Part shown: positions 59,160 to 64,000 of the stretch, piece by piece
Layout: the number at the start of each line of letters is the position of its first letter
Numbering within the stretch: the stretch's first letter is position 1
DNA from: an uncultured Gammaproteobacteria bacterium
GTDB taxonomy: Bacteria; Pseudomonadota; Gammaproteobacteria; UBA9214
Length of the DNA stretch: 64,000 nt
Assembly (NCBI GenBank): GCA_963773065.1
Contig: CAVYZN010000008.1
Coordinates: 192,001 to 256,000 of the forward strand
Reading direction: 5' to 3'
Notes under the pieces: generated by a model
Told to the model about the DNA's origin: nothing
The model's database searches: none
Seen by the model: the letters and a program-made list of their open reading frames with translations, nothing else
Translations under genes and position numbers: made by a program

Positions 59160-59300
59160 TTTACCGCGGAGACGCGAAGTATGCCGGGACATGCAAGGAA
59201 TCCGGGTAAATACCTTTCAAGCGGCCATGCGTAGTGGGTATCAGAGATATTTAAACCGAAAAATCATTAACTTCGCGACCTTTGCGGCTTTGCGGTGAAA
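59160..59300. repeat. ACCGCAGAGACGC-type inverted-repeat element
   Basis: tttaccgcggagacgcgaag ... cttcgcgacctttgcggctttgcggtgaaa. Confidence 0.8.
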
Positions 59301-59337
59301 AATCCAGGACGGTTCCTGCGCTATCTATATATTATGA

Positions 59338-60573
59338 TCAAGGGGTATCGACCGTCCCGCGCGCCAGGGCCGGCAGGTCGCCCGCGAGGCCGGCGGCGTG
59401 GCGCATCAGCAGCTCCTTGGCCGGACCGGCCGCATTCACCAGCGACAAACCGGCGTTGCGCAACCAGCGCACCGGTCCCAGTTCATTGCCGAACAGCACA
59501 TTGAACCCGTCCATGGCGGACAGCATGAGCAGATTGTCACCACGGCGCCAACGTTCATAGCGACGCAGCACCGGCAGCGCCCCCGGGTTGACCCCGCGCG
59601 CCCTGGCGGCCAGGATCACCTCCGCCAGGGCGGCCGCATCCAGCAAACCGAGGTTGACCCCCTGCCCCGCCAGGGGATGAATGGCATGCGCCGCATCGCC
59701 AATCAGCGCGATGCGTTCACCGACATAGCGGTCCGCATGCAATCGCGTCAGTGGGTAAACCTCGCGCGGTTCCGAATCCATGATCCGGCCGAGCCGGAAA
59801 TCAAAGGCCGTCCCCAGTGCCTCGTGAAAGTGATCTCGGTCGAGCGCCAGCATCTCCTCCGCCTCGGCCGTCGGCAGGGTCCACACGATGGCGCTCCAGC
59901 CCGCCTCCATCGGCAGAAAGGCCAGCGGCCCTCCCGGCAGAAACCGCTGCCGGGCCGTGGCCTGATGCGGATATTCGGTGGCCACCCGCGCGACCAGACT
60001 GCTCTGGCGGTAGTCATGCAGATGTGTCGGGATACCCAGCCGCTCGCGCAGCGGCGAGCGGGCGCCGTCCGCCGCCACGATGAGATCGGCCGTCAAGGTC
60101 GCGCCATCCTCCAGACTCACGCTGACCGCGGCATCGGTGATGGCAATGTCGTTGAATTGCGCCGGGCAAAACAGGGAAACCGCGGCGAGGGAACGCAGCC
60201 GTTCCCGCAGCGCGGCGTGGATGTGGCGCGGCTCGATGATGTGGCCAAGACAGGGTTCGCCGATATCGGCGCAGTCAAACTGGATCACGCCCGTGCCGCC
60301 CGCATCCCACACCTCCATCTCCCGGAACGGGTAGGCATCGCGGGCGACGATCCGGTTCCAGATATCGATCGCGGTGAAGATCCGCTGCGAGGCGCGGGTG
60401 ATCGCGAAGACGCGCGCATCGCGCGCGCCGTCGTCCGCATCGCTCGCGAGCGGCCGGGCCTCGACCAGCGCGACCCTGACGCCCGCCTCACCCAGGGCGC
60501 AGGCCGCCGTCGCACCCACGATGCCGGCCCCGATGATAACGACGTCAAACTGGTTCATGACATTCTCACTCAA
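59338..60573 (-). CDS. ubiI: UbiI/VisC-type FAD-dependent hydroxylase
   Basis: GAGIVG, ADGARS, GDAAHAIHPLAGQGVNLG; downstream of ubiH. Confidence 0.8.
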   Translation of the reverse strand: MSENVMNQFDVVIIGAGIVGATAACALGEAGVRVALVEARPLASDADDGARDARVFAITRASQRIFTAIDIWNRIVARDAYPFREMEVWDAGGTGVIQFDCADIGEPCLGHIIEPRHIHAALRERLRSLAAVSLFCPAQFNDIAITDAAVSVSLEDGATLTADLIVAADGARSPLRERLGIPTHLHDYRQSSLVARVATEYPHQATARQRFLPGGPLAFLPMEAGWSAIVWTLPTAEAEEMLALDRDHFHEALGTAFDFRLGRIMDSEPREVYPLTRLHADRYVGERIALIGDAAHAIHPLAGQGVNLGLLDAAALAEVILAARARGVNPGALPVLRRYERWRRGDNLLMLSAMDGFNVLFGNELGPVRWLRNAGLSLVNAAGPAKELLMRHAAGLAGDLPALARGTVDTP

Positions 60574-60584
60574 GAGACGAAATT

Positions 60585-60723
60585 TTCACCGCAGAGACGC
60601 AAAGTACGCGGAGTAAAGAATCTAAAAAGTTAGCAACAATTTCTTGCTATCAAGCTTTTGATGCATGGTTTCATAATTTTTGTGCTTTTGTTTTCTCTGC
60701 GTACTTTGCGTCTCTGCGGTGAA
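60585..60723. repeat. ACCGCAGAGACGC inverted-repeat element (best-conserved arms)
   Basis: ttcaccgcagagacgcaaagtacgcggag ... ctctgcgtactttgcgtctctgcggtgaa. Confidence 0.88.
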
Positions 60724-60732
60724 TCATCATGA

Positions 60733-61953
60733 TTACAACGGCAAGCCGCGCGCGAGCCGCGGTATGCGGCCGGAACGGCCCATGGTCAGGCGCGTAAGCA
60801 GACGTTTCGCCGGCGGCAGCAGGTCCAGCGCCAGCATGCCCGCGGCGCGCACCATGCCCAGCGCCGGCAACGGCAGGGTGAACAGACGCGCAATGCCGTC
60901 GGTGAAGTCCGTGACACGCTGGTGATCGGCATGCCGCCAGTCGCCGTAGCGGTTCAATACCTCCAGTTCACCGGGATCGCTTCCGTCCGCCAGGGCATCG
61001 ACCAGCACTTCGGCAAGCACCGCGATGTCGCGCACACCCAGGTTGAAGCCCTGTCCGGCAATCGGGTGCAGGGTATGGGCGGCATTGCCGACCAGCGCCA
61101 GCCGATGACGAACCGATTCCATCGCTTTGACGAGGCGCAGCGGGTAGGCCTGCCGCCGCCCCACGCGCTCAAGCCGTCCCAGGCGATAACCGAAACGCTC
61201 CTGCAGGCGGCGCAGGAATTCGCCATCAGACAGTCCCATCACCGCCGCGCTCTCGCGGCTGTCAACGGTCCACACCACCGCGCAGCGCCGCTCGGACAAG
61301 GGCAGAAAGGCCAGAGGACCGGTATCCGTGAAACGCTCATAGGCAACATTGCGGTGCGGCAACTGCGGGGTGACATTGGCGATGACGGCGGTCTGGCCAT
61401 AATCGCGGTCGATCACGGCAATACCCAGGCGGTCCCGCACCGCGGAACCGGCGCCATCCGCGGCCACGACCAGCCGCGCCGTCAGCGTCCGCGGCGTTCC
61501 ATCCAGCAGCACCGTTGCGCTGGCCGCTTCCGACCCGAGGGTCAGTTCCGTCAGGGTCGCGGGACAATACAGGTCCAGCTCCGCGGCATGCCGCACGGCA
61601 TCGCCAAGCACCTGGCCGAGCACCCGGGCCGGGACGACATAGCCCAGCGCCGGCAATCCTTCCTCCGTCCGTTCCATGCGGGTAAAACCGCAATGCCCGC
61701 GGTCGGACACATGGATACGGTGTATCGGGGTGGCCTCATCCACCAGGCCGGCCCATAACTCCAGGCCGCCGAAGATGCGCTGCGTGCCATGGGCCAGCGC
61801 AATGGCCCGGTCGTCGTAGCCTGCCTCGTTCCGCGTGTCGAACTGAACGGCCTCCACCACGGCGATGCGCAGCCCCTGGCCCTCAAGCGCGCGCACCAGG
61901 CTGGCTCCCACCAGACCACCCCCGACAATCAGGATGTCATAGTGCTTCGTCAT
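60733..61953 (-). CDS. ubiH: 2-octaprenyl-6-methoxyphenol hydroxylase
   Basis: GGGLVG, DDRAIAL, AYERFT, GNAAHTLHPIAGQGFNLG. Confidence 0.92.
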   Translation of the reverse strand: MTKHYDILIVGGGLVGASLVRALEGQGLRIAVVEAVQFDTRNEAGYDDRAIALAHGTQRIFGGLELWAGLVDEATPIHRIHVSDRGHCGFTRMERTEEGLPALGYVVPARVLGQVLGDAVRHAAELDLYCPATLTELTLGSEAASATVLLDGTPRTLTARLVVAADGAGSAVRDRLGIAVIDRDYGQTAVIANVTPQLPHRNVAYERFTDTGPLAFLPLSERRCAVVWTVDSRESAAVMGLSDGEFLRRLQERFGYRLGRLERVGRRQAYPLRLVKAMESVRHRLALVGNAAHTLHPIAGQGFNLGVRDIAVLAEVLVDALADGSDPGELEVLNRYGDWRHADHQRVTDFTDGIARLFTLPLPALGMVRAAGMLALDLLPPAKRLLTRLTMGRSGRIPRLARGLPL

Positions 61954-61972
61954 GCCCGGCCCTGGACCCGCT

Positions 61973-63292
61973 TCAGCGGTTTTCCCCCATTAACGCCTCG
62001 ATTTCACCGACGGTCTTCGGCGCATCGGCACTCAGCACCTCATGGCCGTCCTGCGTGACCAGCACATCGTCCTCGATGCGGATGCCGATATTCCACCATT
62101 TCCGCGCCACACCGCGGCTGCCGGCAGGGATGTAGATCCCCGGCTCGACCGTCAGCACCATGCCAGGTTCCAGGACGCGCCATTCTCCACCGACCTTGTA
62201 ATCCCCCACGTCATGCACATCCATGCCGAGCCAGTGGCCGGTGCGGTGCATGTAGAAGCGACGATAGGCCTCGCTCTTGATCAGGTCAGCCACTCTGCCC
62301 TGTATGTGGATGATACCGAGCCTGACCAGGCCGCGCGTCAACACCTTGATGGCGGCGGCATGCGGGGCATTCCAGTTATTGCCCGGTTGTACCTGCTTGA
62401 TGGCGGCCGCCTGCGCGGCCAGCACAAGCTCGTACAATGCCTTCTGCGGCGGACTGAACCTGCCATTGACAGGGAAGGTGCGCGTGACATCCGATGCATA
62501 GCAATCGTATTCGGCGCCGGCATCGATCAGCAGCAGGTCGCCATCGCGCAACTCGGCGCGGTTGTCCGTGTAGTGCAGGATGCAGCCGTTCTCGCCGCCG
62601 CCCACGATACAGGGATAGGCGGGCTGCATGTTGGCGTGACGGAATTCATGGAGTAATTCCGCCTCTATCTCGAATTCGTACCGGCCGGGACGGCAGGCCC
62701 GCATGGCGCGCCGGTGCGCGCGACAGGCCACCTTGGCCGCGTTGCGCATGACCCGCACCTCCGAACTGCTCTTGTAAAGACGCATGTCGTGCAGCAGGTG
62801 ATCGAGGGAGACAAATTCATCCGGCGCCCGCGAGCCGGAGCGCGCACCCGCGCGGATCCGCTTGACCCAATCGAGCACATGCCGGTCGAACTCAGGATAG
62901 GAACCCATGGTGTAGAAGACCCGGTCACAGCTCTCCAGCAGTCCTGGCAGGATTTCGTCGATGTCGCCGATCGGGAAAGCGTCGTCGGCATCATACCTTT
63001 CAACGGCGCCCCGCGTTCCCGCCCGGCGCCCGGTCCAGGTTTCCATCTTTGGATCGCGTTCCCGGCAGAACATCAGGTACTCGCCATGCGCGCGTCCCGG
63101 AATCAATACCGCCACGGCCTCCGGCTCGCCGAACCCGGTCATGTATTGGAAATCGCTGTCCGGGCGGTAGGTATATTCAACGTCCCGGTTGCGCGTCTTC
63201 GCCGGTGCCGCCGGGATAATGGCGATGGAACCTCTCCCCATCATGCGTATGAGCTGTTTGCGACGGCGGGCGAACTCCTTTCTGCTGATCAT
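61973..63292 (-). CDS. pepP: Xaa-Pro aminopeptidase
   Basis: DAGAE..YASDVTRT, HRTGHWLGMDVHD, TVEPG, RIEDD. Confidence 0.95.
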   Translation of the reverse strand: MISRKEFARRRKQLIRMMGRGSIAIIPAAPAKTRNRDVEYTYRPDSDFQYMTGFGEPEAVAVLIPGRAHGEYLMFCRERDPKMETWTGRRAGTRGAVERYDADDAFPIGDIDEILPGLLESCDRVFYTMGSYPEFDRHVLDWVKRIRAGARSGSRAPDEFVSLDHLLHDMRLYKSSSEVRVMRNAAKVACRAHRRAMRACRPGRYEFEIEAELLHEFRHANMQPAYPCIVGGGENGCILHYTDNRAELRDGDLLLIDAGAEYDCYASDVTRTFPVNGRFSPPQKALYELVLAAQAAAIKQVQPGNNWNAPHAAAIKVLTRGLVRLGIIHIQGRVADLIKSEAYRRFYMHRTGHWLGMDVHDVGDYKVGGEWRVLEPGMVLTVEPGIYIPAGSRGVARKWWNIGIRIEDDVLVTQDGHEVLSADAPKTVGEIEALMGENR

Positions 63293-63379
63293 TATCGCGT
63301 CCTACTCTGGCTTCGGATTCATGACCGGCACCGTTCGCTGGCACTGATTCTGGAGCCGATTTTCATTGCAAAGTGAAAA

Positions 63380-63944
63380 TTACTGCAAGCGCTCCGGCGC
63401 CTGCAACGGTTGGAGTTCCTCATGACACAGCAGCACGCTCATCCGAACATACTCCACGATCTCGGCATATGCGGTTTCCTCATCCTCATCAGTCAGTTCA
63501 TGATCAAACCGGGCATTCGATATCTCGAAAAAATCGTGCATGATCTCGCCCACATAACCCTGCCGTTCCCGACCCTCGCGCACGCCGCCCAGGGCCAATC
63601 CATACAGGAATCCCTGGCACCATTCCCCGAGCGCCCTGCTGCGGAGCGGCAGCAACGTGGCGGCATCGGGCAGCAACAGAACCAGGCCCAGGTTGCCATC
63701 ATTAAGATGCAGCAGCGATTCTGAATAAAGCTCGCGTTAGCAGCGTCCGGGCGGTTTGCGCCATTGCGCTGAGATCGTTGCCCGCACCAAGCAGATGATC
63801 GAGCCAGACGGCCGGATCCGACGTACCCGCGGCACAGATGATGCCGCATAACAGCCCATGGCTTTCCGCCGCACCGCAATCTGCATCCGCCGCCTGTAGC
63901 ACATCCTGCAACCGTTCATATGTCAAAGCTGCCTTCTCGTTCAC
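63380..63944 (-). CDS. ygfB: UPF0149 family protein (frameshift near 63720)
   Basis: AAESHGLLCG, LGEWCQGFLYG, EIVEYVR; upstream of pepP. Confidence 0.88.
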
Positions 63945-64000
63945 GGCTTCAACCCTCGGCGGGGAATACAAACATTGCGGTTCCCGCCTGTCCTACAGGA

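Overview
GC-rich gammaproteobacterial chromosome segment from an error-prone, probably long-read assembly: many genes are split by single-base indels. Core blocks are ybeD-lipB-lipA; a gamma-glutamyltransferase; amgK-murU followed by a GCS2-type ligase, an M14 peptidase and a GT-like gene; lptD-surA-pdxA-rsmA(ksgA)-apaG-apaH; folA-thyA-lgt; a GT2/LAB_N/ArnT-like operon; a DUF255 protein; a glycine-riboswitch-controlled gcvT-H-PA-tpx-PB-kinase operon; and ygfB-pepP-ubiH-ubiI. Two accessory mosaics interrupt the core. Island 1 (~9.75-24.1 kb) holds a type I RM with fused M-S and an inserted KilA-N gene, a Lamassu/ABC-three-component module, Fic, several TA modules and a ~470-bp duplication. Island 2 (~46.8-51.9 kb) holds a GIY-YIG gene, a RelE-like gene, orphan antitoxins and a TIGR04255 three-gene unit. 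The most striking pattern is that many breakpoints in both islands sit at short GGGG-W-CAG-like terminal inverted motifs. Three related mini-elements carry the C-terminal tail of a Y1/HUH transposase, and the cargo consists of clipped pieces of integron cassettes, TA loci and defence operons, often with the toxin cut and the antitoxin kept. No intact recombinase or transposase is present in the window. Also notable: a minimal BcsA-like(PilZ)+BcsS pair, a fixed-length (~139 bp) intergenic inverted-repeat family, and repeats carrying CsrA-type ANGGA hairpins. All family assignments come from motif recognition, not from database searches.
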